DNA of 64,000 bases from Trichodelitschia bisporula. Lineage: Eukaryota. The DNA is taken from positions 434,001 to 498,000 of the forward strand of contig ML996703.1 in assembly GCA_010356995.1 (NCBI GenBank), read 5' to 3'. Shown here piece after piece: positions 26,765 through 39,400 of this stretch. Position 1 is the stretch's first letter. Every line of letters starts with the position of its first letter. The notes under the pieces are model-generated. The model worked only from the letters and a program-made list of their open reading frames with translations. It ran no database searches and was not told the DNA's origin. The translations under genes were made by a program, and so were the position numbers.

Positions 26765-28483
26765 ATGCGCCCCCAAACGCTTCTCCTCCTCGCCTCTCCA
26801 GTCGTAGGAATGGCCCTCGCCTCTCCACAAACAACATACACCCACCTCACGCCCTCCCCCCTCGCCCCACCCATCGCCATAACCCAGCTCTACCAACCCT
26901 TCACCACCTACCTTCCGGGACTAACCATCTGTCCCTCCCCACCCACCAACTCTCCCCCCTGCACAACCCTCTACACTCCCTCCCCGACCCTCATCTGCGC
27001 CACTACCCTCGCCCTTCCGCCCCTCCATTACACCATCACAGCCTGCGACCAATGGATCCCCTTCTCCACCCAGCTAGGCTTCATCCTCCCGCCCTCCGCC
27101 ACCCGGGTCACCATCCTGACGAGCACCTTCCTCGCCCCATGGGCGCATCTCACGCACCCGCAGGCCCTGCCCACGGTAAGCGTAAGGGTGTGCTCGAGTC
27201 CGGCGGGGACGAATTCTCCCCCTTGCCGAACACGCACCGAGCGTTGGGGGATCACGACGAAGACGAGCACGGCGACGAGTACGCGCGCAGTGGATGTCAT
27301 GACGAGCGTACCCGGTCCGGCAACTATGCGGATTGGGGAGCGGACGTGGGATATTCCTCCCGGCGGCGAGGAGAGGAGGTGGACGGGTGAAGTGGTGGAG
27401 ACGAGGACGGTGAGGGAGGTGGGTGTTTCGCGGGTTGGGGTTTGGATGGTGCGTCCGACGCCGACTGCGCTGGCTACTGTGGAGACTGCGGCGTGGATGC
27501 TCGGTGTGCCGGTGTCGGTGGCTGCGGCTCCGGGGGCCGGGGAAGAGGCGAGGGTGGGGGATGGGGACAGCGAAGACACAACAACGAGTGACGATGCAAC
27601 GACCACGGTGACGATGACGCGCACGTTGACGCGCACGCGGATGGTGCGCTTGAGCCGGACCGGAGGGGCTCAGGCGGCACCGGTGGCGGTGCAGGAGCCG
27701 GGGCCGGGAGCGGTCGAGGCTCCCGAGGCTGTTCCCACGACGGCGGTGGGCGGAGAATCGGGAACGGGCACCGGCTCCGGCTCCCGAGGCCGTTGCCACA
27801 TTGGTTCAGGCGTCTGCGGAGTCGGAACCGGTGCCGGTACAGGAGGTGGCGACGGGGACGTCGGCTAGGTGAGTCGGGTATATTGTCTGGTTGGGAACGG
27901 GACTGATGTTGCTAGGTTCGTTGGGGGCGGTTCGGGTGTAGTCAGGGCTTCGAATGCTCTGCCGATGGTGGGTTCGGCGAGCGAGACGGGCTTGGCCAGT
28001 TTGGCAAACTCTATGAGTTCGACAGGCTCGGCAAGCTCGACAGACTCGGCAAGCGCAGCAAGTTTGACAGACTCAACGAGCTCGACAAGCTCGACAGACT
28101 CAACAAACTCAACAAACTCAACAAACTCAACCAACTCAACAAACTCAACAACCTGGACGAGTTTCACGAGTTCGACCAGTTCAATCAGCTCGAGCAGTCC
28201 GGATAGTTCAATGAGCTCCACAAGTTCATCAAGTTTGGCACCTTCGACAAGCTCGGCAAATTCATCAATCTCATCAATCTCATCAAGCATGATAAGCTCG
28301 ACAAGCTCAAGTCTGCAGTGGAGTACGCTGCGAGGCTGGAATTCTTCTTCGTCGGGCGTATATAAGTTATATGCAAACCGGTTCGCTTCGCTTCGGTTCT
28401 TGTTATTCATGATTGCTTATATGTATGTACTGAGTGAGGATTTCGTCTTCTTGCTAGGCTCTCGTCTACGTAATACCTATTGA
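26765..28483 (+). CDS. Secreted Thr/Ser-rich protein; ORF stops at 27868 but probably continues after a frameshift and intron into the Ser-rich ORF ending at 28483
   Basis: Signal peptide MRPQTLLLLASPVVGMALA; Cys-containing N-domain (ITACDQWIPFSTQLGF); see frameshift finding. Confidence 0.6.
28017..28312. repeat. Degenerate 9-bp tandem repeat array (core ACAAACTCA at ~28102-28150)
   Basis: Repeated acaaactca / acaagctcg / acagactca units; reads STNSTNS on + and VEFVEF on -. Confidence 0.8.
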
Positions 28484-28786
28484 AGCTTCAGCATGGATCT
28501 TTTCCGTTCACAAGAGTCTCATCAGTAGATGGTTGAAATCACGATGTTTGTTGGCTACAGCCAACAAGTGTGATCCTCACATCGCAAACGCCTACCATTC
28601 ACCCGCTGTTCGTAGAAGCTCACGGTACTAGATCCAAGATCCCTCCCTGTGATCTACCATCCATTCACTACTCCAGCACGGCATATAGGCCACATCAATA
28701 TGGCCACTCCCAATTCCCAGCTCCCAACTCCCAAACAATTTTCTACCACCAAGAAAGCTGCCAACCACAGCATGTGCAATCTCAAC

Positions 28787-29864
28787 ATGGTACGTTTCGC
28801 CTTCGCCATGGCGTGCTTTCTGCCCGTGGCTCTCGTATTGGCGAGCATCGTCCGGTCGTCGCCCCTGGCCCCAACTCCCACCGCGACCATCACCGTTGCG
28901 AAAACCTTTGTCGTTCGGGACTCAGTGTCAACCTTCTCGACGGTTTTAAGGCTCGGGATTGTGCGCAACAGGACCAAGGGTGGAACGCACATCTCAGTCG
29001 AGGTGCCCCGCTACGGGGGGGGCGGCAGCAGCGGCAGCGTTAGTCTCTCCATTTCACCTCTAATCCAATATCGACGCTGACACTTCACAGACCAAGAACA
29101 CCCCCACCCCGGCCGTCCTCGCGCACCTCCTGGCCCTCAATGTCCACCCGCAGCCTCCCCCTCTCACGCGCACAGCGCGCCTCACCGCCCGCGGCGCACC
29201 AACTCTCACCCGGAAAGGGATGACGACCTTCGCCGGGCACTCACCGGTTGACGGCAACGCCGAGCCAGACAGCAGCACATGGCTCTGCACCGGCCCAGAC
29301 CAGAATTCGCTGACTTGCGGGATTGCGCCGACACCCCTACCGACGGTGAATATACCGAACGAACGGATGTGGGTGTGCATGCGGAACGCCCTCGGGGACA
29401 TGGTGTGCACGGAATACCAAGCCGAGACGGAGACGCCGAGTACGTTCAATAAAAATACGGTCATGGTGGCCGTGGTTGCTGATACGCCTACGACTTCTCC
29501 TCCAGGCCCTCCTCCAGGTCCTCCTCCAGCGCCAAGCTCCGGTAGTGGAAGCCATTCCGGCAGCGGATCAGCCTCGCCTTCGGGTTCCGGGAGCGGATCA
29601 CATCCGGTTTCTGGATCGGGGTCGAGCTCGCACCCTACGTCTGGAAGCTCCAAGCCGGCTAACGGGACGGCGAACCCGACTGGTTCTGCTAAGCCTAGTA
29701 ATGGCACGCAAACTACTCCACCAAAGGTGACGACAACAACGACAGCGACTGTGACGCAAACTGTGCCGCCGTGGTCTTGGTATAATGGGGGTTCGACGGA
29801 ACATATTAACGGGGGGGTTACTGTAGGACTTGGTGCGGTGGTTTTTGCATTCTTACTGGTGTGA
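28787..29864 (+). CDS. Putative secreted/GPI-anchored cell-surface protein; 1 intron
   Basis: Hydrophobic N-terminus MVRFAFAMACFLPVALVLAS. Phase-0 intron 29039-29090 (GTTAGT...GCTGAC...CAG) joins in frame to ORF 29220-29864. G/S/P/T-rich stalk and hydrophobic C-terminus VTVGLGAVVFAFLLV. Confidence 0.65.
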
Positions 29865-30723
29865 GTGGGGGCAAACACTGGGCCGAGATGGAATCATAGC
29901 GACGAAGAAGCTGAGAAAGCATATCGAGGCTTGTAAACCACACCGGAAGCAGAGATGGTGCAATGTCTCAGGTGAAAGGTAGAATAGGATCGGTCCCCGG
30001 TAAAAATCCAAGTTTCTTCGAAATTCAATGTTCTTTTGTCCGTAGTCCGAAGCTGATTCCGCACGTCGGCTCCAGAACACCGCACATGATATGTTCAGCG
30101 TCAAAAGCGACTAATGAGCATGCGGCAGATAATCCGCGTATTAGGGACAGTAGAATTGACCAGAGACGATGAATCTAGCTTGCAGAGTTAGCTGATGTGC
30201 CTTCGTCGTCCAGTTAAATGGGTATTTATCATCTCAAAAGCAAAGTCGCGCATCGCCCGTCTCGTCCGCATGCATGGAAACGACGCCCAGAAGATGCGGG
30301 GACGGAGCTGATGTGCAGCAGAGGTGCATGCATGATACAAGAGGCTATTCGACACTAGAGCGACGGAAAGGAATGAAGATGGAATAGATGCAGAAGCGGC
30401 CGAAGCTAAAGATGAAGAGACGAGAATGGTCGGTGATCATTCACTCCCGCTGTTCGTTGGAGAAGTAACTGCCAAGACCATGGAGTGCCCGCATTGACTG
30501 GGATGGGAACGCGAGAGGGGAGGAGGCAGAGCTACCTATTCCCCCAGTCCACTACTCCTCCACATTGACCTCCGCATGCACCCCACCCCACGCGCCATCT
30601 TCTCCTCTTGCTCTGCTTTCCCTTCTTCTGTCACCTAATATTGTTTTGCATCTCCATCTCCTTGACCCCAGTACAGCGAACTCAAAAACTGCGCCCTCCA
30701 CTCGTACCGGCAGCTTCCACGCC

Positions 30724-33700
30724 ATGGCGCTGTACGGACCGTCCCGAAATGTGGACATGAACAAGTGAGGGCTTACACCCCCGGGTTTGATGATCGTCCA
30801 GGTTCCGCTGGCTAACGTCGGCTTCAGACAAGAATCTGAGCTTGCCATCAACATCCGCAAAGCTACGAGCATTGGTATGGCCGTCGTCCCCTAGAATTGC
30901 CGCTGAGGCTTGCTAACGCCCGGTCCCGCAGACGAGACCGCACCCAAACGTACGTCGACGGAGCACCACCACCACCACGAGGAAACTGACCGCGACAGGC
31001 AAGCATGTGCGGGCTTGCATCGTCTACACATGGGACCATAAGTCATCCCAGTCCTTCTGGGCTGGCATGAAGGTGTACGTTCATGTGTGGTCGCCTGGGG
31101 CTAGGCTTACCATATAACCAGGCAGCCAATCTTGGCCGACGAAGTCCAGACGTTCAAGGCCCTCATCACCATCCATAAAGTGCTGCAAGAAGGTCATCCT
31201 ATCGTGCTGAAGGAGGCCCAGTCAAATGTGGGATGGTTGGAGAGCTTGCGGCGGGGCGTGGCCGGTGCAGGCGAGGGCGTTCGAGGTGGGCAGCACGGAT
31301 AAAATAGTACAGTCGCTGGCAATTCTGACACGCACAGGCTACGGCAAGCTGATAGAGGAGTACATCTACTTCCTCCGCGCGAAGCTCGCCTTCCACCGGC
31401 AGCACCCCGAGTTCAACGGTAGGTGATATCGCCTGCTCCTGTGCTTGCTGACTCCGCAGGCACCTTCGAGTACGAGGAATACATTAGCTTGAAGAGCATC
31501 AATGACCCCAACGAAGGGTAGGCGGTATTGTCTACTGCGAGGCCTAGCTAACAACCGCAGCTACGAGACGATCTCCGACCTGATGACCCTCCAGGACCAA
31601 ATAGACTCCTTCCAAAAGCTGATTTTCGCTCACATTCCCCACTCCTCCCACAGCGAATGTCGCATATCCGCGCTCGTGCCGCTCGTACAGGAGAGCTACG
31701 GCATCTACAAGTTCATCACGAGCATGCTCCGTGCGATGCACACGACCCTGGGCGACGACGAGGCTCTAGCCCCGCTGCGGGGGCGCTACGACATGCAGCA
31801 CTACCGTCTGATCAAGTTCTATTACGAGTGTAGTCAACTGCGCTACCTCACCAGTTTGATCACGGTTCCGAAGCTGCCGCAGGATCCTCCGAACCTGCTG
31901 TCCGAGGATGAAGACCGGCCGTCGCTTCCGTCCCGCCCTGCGAAGGAAATCGAGAAGCCTCCGTCGCCTCCGCGCGCGCCTTCGGTGGACCCCGAGCCGA
32001 TCAACGAGTTTTGGAAGAATCAGCAGGCCCGCGAGCAGGACGCGTTCGCCGAGGAGCAGCGGAGACTCCAGGAACAGTGGGAGGCGGCGCGGCGGATGCA
32101 AGAAGAGCAGTCTATGAAGGCACAGCGCGACTTTGAAGAGCAACAACGCCTCCAGGCCGAGCAGCAGCGCATGGCTCAGGAGCAGCTTGCCCGCGAGCAA
32201 CTGCAACAACAAACCTTCGGCCGCATGGCGGACCTCGAGCGGGAAAACCTGAACGCTCGTGCCCAGTATGAGCGTGACCAGCTCATGCTCGAGCAGTACG
32301 ACCGGCGGATGAAGGCGCTGGAGACAGAGCTGGCGCAGCTAAGCGCAAACTACGCGCAGCAGAATTCGTCCAAGGACGATCAGATTCGCGCGCTGCAAGA
32401 GCAGCTCAATACATGGCGTAGCAAGTATGAAGCCCTGGCGAAGCTCTACGGCCAGCTGCGGACAGAGCATCTGGACTTGCTGCAGAAGTACAAGACCGCG
32501 CAGGCGAAGGCGGCGTCAGCGCAAGAGGCGATCGACCAGCGCGAGAGGCTGCAGCGCGATCTGAAACAAAAGAACCTAGACCTCGCGAACATGATTCGCG
32601 AGCGGGACCGTGCACTTCTTGACAAGGACCGGTCGACGGGATCGTCGAAAGAGGAGATCGAGAAGCTCAAGCGCGAGCTCCGCTTCGCTTTGGAGAAGGC
32701 TGAGAATGCCGAGCGCGCAAAGGGTGCAGAGCTGTCGGCGCTGCTCAACCGCCACAATCGTGAAGTTGCGGACCTGGAAGAGACGTTGCGGCAAAAGATG
32801 AACGCACTGGGTGAGATGCAGTCCCAGTACCGGGACCAGGATTCGGATCTTCTGCGCCAGCTGAGGGAGAAGGAAGACGAGTTGGACGTGTTCAAGGCGG
32901 GCATGGACCAGACGCTCATCGAACTCAACGACCTGCGGCAGCAGCATGAGGCCAATGACCAAGCCATTGATGGACAAATTGATACCGTGATCCTGGATAA
33001 CATCCGCAAGATCAACGCTATCATCGACTCGGTGCTGCAAAGTGGCGTGTCCCGCGTCGACGACGCCATCTACGAACTAGACTCGTCCATGCAGGCTGGC
33101 AACCAGAGCGCGTCCGGTGCATACGTGCTATCGCAGATTGAGAAAGCGGCGCAAAACGCCATGGACTTCTCGACGGCCTTCCGCGAGTTCATCGCCGACG
33201 GCCCGAACAGCGCGCACTCGGAAATCATCCGTACCGTCAATTTGTTCTCTGGCTCCATTGCCGACGTGCTGAGCAATACCAAGGGTCTGACGCGCTTTGC
33301 GTCGGATGACCGCAAGGCCGACCAGCTGGTGAATACGGCGCGCAAGTCGGCGCAGTCGGTCATCAAGTTCTTCCGCGACTTGCAGTCGTTCCGGTTGGCA
33401 TCACTCGAGGACGATCAGAAGCAAGACGTCATTATCCACAACAACGGCGACGTGCAGCTCAATCTGCAGAATCTGTCCAAGCTGGCAGATGCCTTCGCAC
33501 CGAAGTCCAAGATTACGAACCAGGCGGGTGACCTGGGTGACCTGGTTGACCGTGAGATGACTAATGCCGCCGCGGTCATTGATGCCGCTGTCGAGCGGCT
33601 GAATCAACTCATGAAGAAGCCCAAGGACCACTACTCGACATACGAGCTGCGGATTCATGAGTAAGACTCTTAACACCCTTTTTTTAGCGTCGCTAACGTT

Positions 33701-34331
33701 GCAGTTCTATTCTGGAGGCCGCCATCGCCGTGACCAACGCTATCGCGCAGCTGATCAAGGCCGCCACAGCCTCGCAGCAGGAAATTGTGCGCGAAGGCCG
33801 CGGCAGCTCATCGCGTGCCGCCTTCTACAAGAAGCATAACCGGTGGACGGAGGGCCTCATCTCGGCTGCTAAAGCAGTAGCCACGAGCACGAACACGCTC
33901 ATTGAGACGGCCGACGGCGTTATGTCTGGCCGCAACTCGCCGGAGCAGCTGATTGTCGCATCGAACGATGTCGCCGCATCGACCGCGCAGCTTGTAGCCG
34001 CCAGCCGTGTCAAGGCGAGCTTCATGAGTAAGACGCAAGACCGGCTGGAGGCGGCGAGCAAGGCCGTCACGCAAGCGTGCCGCAGCCTTGTACGCCAAGT
34101 GCAGGATATCATTGCGCAGAAGAACCGCGACGAGGATGGTGTGGATTATGCACAGCTGACGACACATGAGTTGAAGACGCAGGAAATGGAGCAACAGGTA
34201 TGTTGCTTGTCGTCAACGGCTTGAACCGGGCTAACTCCGCGCAGGTTGAGATCCTGAAGCTTGAGAACGCGCTGTCCCAGGCGCGTACCCGCCTAGGCGA
34301 GATGCGCAAGCTGTCATACCAGGAGGAGTAA
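30724..34331 (+). CDS. SLA2: Endocytic actin adaptor Sla2/End4 (ANTH, coiled coil, THATCH/I-LWEQ); many short introns
   Basis: INIRKATSI, ETAPKRKHVR.CIVYTWDH, FYKKHNRWTEGLISAAKAVA, STAQLVAASRVKA, ends LGEMRKLSYQEE*. Confidence 0.97.
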
Positions 34332-34663
34332 AAATTCTGTTATTGGGAGTTTGGCTTTCAGCAGCTCACGGGGCGCCTTGCCTTCTTGTTTACACGGTGC
34401 CTTGATCTCCATACTTCATGCGGCCTTTTGATTTCATGAGCCTTGTATTGGGGATACCAGAGATTGAACCTATCTTCTCGTCTGTACGCTTCTGCTTCGG
34501 GGCGGGGTGAAAGAGGTCGAGAGTAGTGCTTACTATGGGGATCGATATGAGCGGATTTTGGAGCGAGAGCAATGCATGTACTGACGTGTGCAACTCTTGA
34601 CACGAATCCCGATGTGAATGCTATCCTATGTCTATCCTACATGCAATTCCATGGCTCATGCAA

Positions 34664-36109
34664 TTAAACAATCTCATCACGCCCTAATAACGCCGCCATT
34701 GGATCCGCCGCATTCGTTCGCTTTCTCCGATACTCCTCCATGTCCTCCTCTGTGACCCCGTTGCGCATCTCGTCTAGGGTACGCTTCCGCCGCTCCGTAT
34801 CAGCTTCCACGTCGCGCTTGCGCGGTTTCTCCTTCGCGGGCGGTGGGCCCATAGCCCCCTCATCCCGCCATGCAATCGCTTTGGGCTCTTCCTCGGGTTC
34901 CGCGCCCTCCAGCGCCGCAGCAGTCTTCATCCGGGCCGCCTCGTCAAACGCATGCCTGCCCTCCTCGCCCGTACAGTAGCTATTTCGCACCGTAGAGTGG
35001 CAGCACGCGTATCCCCAGACAAAATCCTTCCACCAACTGCCCCACACAGCCGTGTGATTGTGCAGCAGCACGTCCTCGGGGTACTTGCTCTTCGGCACCG
35101 GCTTAGGCGCGCCCTTAACCAGCCCACGCTCATCGTACTCGACGTACCGCTCCGACTCCACGACGATCGCATCCTTAGCCGGCTTCGCGAGGTGCTCCTG
35201 GCCACCGTATTTAGCAAGCAAGGCCGCCTTCTGCGCCTCGCGCTTCTCAGACCGCACAGCCAGGTCCTTTTTCCGCGAGAGCTCGCCGCTGGTGGGGTTG
35301 GCTTGGAGATGTAGTTTCTCGCTGCCGCCGCGCTCCTGCGTCTCCCACGCATACCGCTGTGCCTTATCGAACTCCGCCGCGTCGCCGGAGCGCCGCACAA
35401 AGTCTTCCTCGGCCACCAGCCGCGCCGCCTCGTCCGCCACGGCGCCCGCGTCCGCCATGCTGCGCGTCTTGGGGTCGTATTTTGCGCTCTCCAGGTCCAG
35501 GTTCAGCAGGTACTTGGCGGTGTCTTCGCGAAGGCGCAGGGCGCGGGCCGAGGACTGTGTGCGGCCCATGGTGGCTTCCTCCTCGTAGCGATCACCGTCG
35601 GCCTCCTTGTTGCGCTTATCCGGGTCGTCGTTATCGTCTTCGCCCAGCGCTTTGGCACGCTCGCGCTTCAGCGCCTCCAGCTCGTTGTACTCCTGCACCA
35701 CGCCCTCGTATTCCGCGGGATCGTATCCGTTCCACCGGTCGCGCTTCGCGTCCCAGCCCAGTTGAACGTCCTGCACAATCTCGTCGGCTTGGATGTCCTT
35801 GCCCGTCCATTTGGCGCCGAGTTTGCGTGGTCGTGAGAGGCATTCTTTCGCTTTGTGGGTCATGGCGCCGCAGTTCGTGCAGGCGCCTTTGCGGAACTTG
35901 GTTGCGGCGGGGCCACGCTTGGCGCCGCGGTCGTACCATGTTTGGGAGGAGGTGGAGTGGGTTTGCTGGAGACGTTGATGCTCGAGGTAGTCGGCGGAGT
36001 CGGGACCTGAGTCTGGGACGTAGAAGGGCTTTTGCGCGATGAAGGCGGGGATGTATTCGTTGCGGTCCTTCGGGGTTGCGTCGGGTTTACGGGGCGGTGG
36101 GGGTCCCAT
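34664..36109 (-). CDS. SLU7: Pre-mRNA splicing factor Slu7
   Basis: RNEYIPAFI, zinc knuckle [34 protein letters not shown]. Confidence 0.96.
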   Translation of the reverse strand: MGPPPPRKPDATPKDRNEYIPAFIAQKPFYVPDSGPDSADYLEHQRLQQTHSTSSQTWYDRGAKRGPAATKFRKGACTNCGAMTHKAKECLSRPRKLGAKWTGKDIQADEIVQDVQLGWDAKRDRWNGYDPAEYEGVVQEYNELEALKRERAKALGEDDNDDPDKRNKEADGDRYEEEATMGRTQSSARALRLREDTAKYLLNLDLESAKYDPKTRSMADAGAVADEAARLVAEEDFVRRSGDAAEFDKAQRYAWETQERGGSEKLHLQANPTSGELSRKKDLAVRSEKREAQKAALLAKYGGQEHLAKPAKDAIVVESERYVEYDERGLVKGAPKPVPKSKYPEDVLLHNHTAVWGSWWKDFVWGYACCHSTVRNSYCTGEEGRHAFDEAARMKTAAALEGAEPEEEPKAIAWRDEGAMGPPPAKEKPRKRDVEADTERRKRTLDEMRNGVTEEDMEEYRRKRTNAADPMAALLGRDEIV

Positions 36110-36302
36110 GATGGGTTGTCCTGTGAGAGTGGATGGGCGTGAGGGTGGGTTTGGGATGGTTGATGGTGTGTGGTGATGCGGAGACGCGGAGGTGATGTCG
36201 TGCACCACTGTATGAAGAATGTGTGGCGCGTGAGTGGCTGATGAACCCCGGAACTAAAGAAGGCGCATCACGTCCCAGCCTTTAGGGAATGGAATACGAG
36301 GG

Positions 36303-36308
36303 ACGCGT
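36303..36308. promoter_or_regulatory. MCB-like (ACGCGT) element in the short divergent SLU7/REV3 promoter
   Basis: Exact ACGCGT ~130 bp upstream of the REV3 ATG, with further CGCG cores near 36185, 36227 and 36344. Confidence 0.4.
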
Positions 36309-36437
36309 TTATTGTTCATTGCAAGGTTACGACTCCGGACGACCGCGTTTTGGATTTCCCATTAGCACTGCCTAACCTCTGAAAGCAATGCAGTCCATCT
36401 CCCCAGACCACGAAATCGACTGCGCATCATTGCCGTG

Positions 36438-39400
36438 ATGGCAGAAACGCCTCTCCCGCAGCCATTCCGCTTCCGGCTCAACTGCGTCGACAGTTACCAG
36501 ACCTCGCCAACCCCGTTTGATCCCGAGATCCAGGCGAGTCGGGGCCTGACGCAGAAGTACAAGCCTCCGGTGCCGATTATACGCGTGTTCGGCGCGACGG
36601 AAACGGGGCAGAAGGTTTGCGCCCATATTCATGGCGCATTTCCATACGTCTATGTCCGCTACGAGGGCGGACTGGGCGACAGTGAAGGTGAGATACACAT
36701 AGAAATCGTCGACGGTAGCTCATATATGCGCAGTGCGCACCTACATCCAAAAGCTGCGTCTTTCCATCAACCAGGCCTTGACTGTCGCATTCCGGCGAAA
36801 CGACTACAACACAAGCACGGGCTCCTTCGTAGCGCACATCTCACTCGTGAAAGGCGTGCCATTCTTCGGTTACCATGTCGGCTACCAATTCTTCTTCAAA
36901 GTCTACCTGTACAACCCATCCCACACGACCCGTCTCGCCGACTTGCTTCTCCAAGGTGCCATCCTCGCCCGTCCGTTTCAGCCCTTTGAAAGCCACCTAC
37001 AGTTCGTCCCGCAATGGATGATCGACTACAATCTCTTCGGCTGCGACTATATCAAATGCGCAAAGGTGCGCTTCCGTGGCCCTCTACCCGACCAGGAGAC
37101 CCTTTCAACCCCGCACCACAAATGGCACAGCGGTACGGTGGACCCCTGGCGCATATCCGACAATAATGGCGCCTTCGCGCGGCAAAGTCTCTGCGAGCTA
37201 GAGGTCGACATATGCTTGTCAGACATTCTGAACCGGCATGAGCTGGCGCAGCGGCATCTGCACCAGGACTTCGACGAGCGGTTCCGAGTGCTGGGCGCGG
37301 ACGAGAAGTTTGTGCATTCAATGGCTCAGCTGTGGCGCGATGAGGTTCGGCGTAGACAGCGGAAGATGGGGGGGGTAGAGCCGAGGAGCAGCAGTAGCAT
37401 GTTTCCGCCTGAGATGCTGGTTAACATGAGTGCGGAAGCGAGAGCAGAGTCAGGAGGTTGGATTCATGAGGAGGAATATCGCGAGATGCTTGAGGGACTG
37501 ATGGAGGATGAGAGAAGAGAGGCGGATGTGGACTTCGATGGTTTCTTCGAGAAAGTTCCCGGTGAGGAAGGCGTTCAAACAGCATTCGAGAGTGTAGAGG
37601 ACTTGTATCCCGAGCGCCTGGCGCGAGAGCTCGCTGAAGCGGATTTGATGACGGATGAGCCGGATGAGGAATTGGTTCATGTGGAGCAGGTGCCGCTCGA
37701 GCCGCCCGAGGATGATGGATACCATTCCAAGGAAGAAGAGGAAGAGCACGTGGAAGAGAAGGGAGTTGGAGATGAAGATGAAGATGAAGCCGATGACACC
37801 AAAGATGAGCCGAGCGAAACCCATGAATCGAATGCCGATGTCGCCACAAGCAGACGCACACCCAGAACCTTGAAGCGGGCCTTTACTCGGGACGAGATTA
37901 TGCAAGAAGTGGCCACGATCAAGAAGCGAAGGCTTTTCCAGTCGCCCTCTTTCAACGTCGACACCAGCCTCTCCAGCGGCTTGGGCTCGGCTCAGGAGAC
38001 GCCTCGACGGGTCACCTTCCAGCTTTCCGGATCGCAGGAAGACGACGGCCCCCCCATTTCGAGCCAGTTATCGCAGACCAGTATCAAGGCAGGTGGAAGC
38101 AAGGACTCTAAACTTCAGGGATTTTCCGTTGTTAAGAACCCGACCGACTCTGAGTCCGATTTTCGACTCAGCCAAAGCGATGGCAAGGCTACGCCGAAGA
38201 CTCTTCATTCTCGAAAATCATGTTTCAAGGACGCTTCTTCTCCTGTCACTCCGCTAACTGCTCGATCACTGCAGATCACTCAAAATCCCCTGAAAGGCCC
38301 CGTTTCATCTCAGCTGGTTAAGGCCATCTCTCAGATTCCTGTTGCCTTTAGTACCTCATCGAAAATGTACTGCTTTGGCCAGCTTCCTCCTTCCACTGAA
38401 GAAATCACGGATACCTTGTTAGATTATGGCATTCCACCTGTTATTCATCAGGACGCATACTACAGCAATGAGCAGGATGTCCCCGATCGGGCCCGAGAGT
38501 ACGCCGGTCGAGAGTTCCGGCTAGAAAGCAACACTGTCCCCTTTCTTCCCGACTTCGATCCAACAGGCACGTCGCCTGCAACAATGGGCATGAAACCTGG
38601 GGTCGTGAGAGACAAGGTCAAGGAGGAGTTATTCTACAGCCATAAACGCGAAAGGTGCACGCTGCGGAACTGGGAAATTGCTGCCGCGCCCCCTACCTCT
38701 GCAGAGGTCGCGGCGTGGCTTGCCGAAGAGAAGGAGAGCAAGGTGGAAAAGAAAAAGCAAATGCCCAATGTTCAGCCTGCTCTGTCGCAAATCGATGGTC
38801 CGACACAGAGCAAAGGCGGTGCGAAGTTCTCGCAGAAGCAGAAGTCGAGCAGCGTGCAGCACGAGGTCCAGTACATGAGCGACATGAGTTTGGAAGTCCA
38901 CGTCAACACGCGAGACGACCTGGTCCCTGACCCTGCCCACGACGAGATTTCATGCGTCTTCTGGAGCGTCCAGGCAGGGGGCGCGGAGGAAAAGTATCAG
39001 TCGGGAATAGTAGCGCTTTCGACTCGGGACGGTATTGCCCAACTCATCGCCCGGCAAACCGCCGTAAAGGTCGACGCTGAGGAGAATGAGCTGGATCTAT
39101 TAAATCGGATGGTCGACATCGTCCACGAGCATGACCCTGACATCCTAACCGGGTACGAGGTGCACAACTCCTCGTGGGGCTACCTGATAGAGCGCGCGCG
39201 TCTCAAGTACGAGCTCAACATCTGCAACGAGTTCTCCCGCATGAAATCCCATTCGTTTGGCCGGTACGGCAAGGACTCAGACAGCTGGGGCTTCAACAAG
39301 ACATCCACGATCCACGTCACGGGTCGCCATGTCATCAACATATGGCGTGCAATGCGGGCCGAGCTGAATTTGCTACAGTACACTGTCGAAAATGTCGCGT

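Noticed and set aside
27865..28410. Minus-strand VEL/VEF-repeat ORF (181 aa)
   Set aside because: Antisense reading of the 9-bp repeat; the plus-strand Ser/Thr frame has a splice-supported link to a signal-peptide gene.
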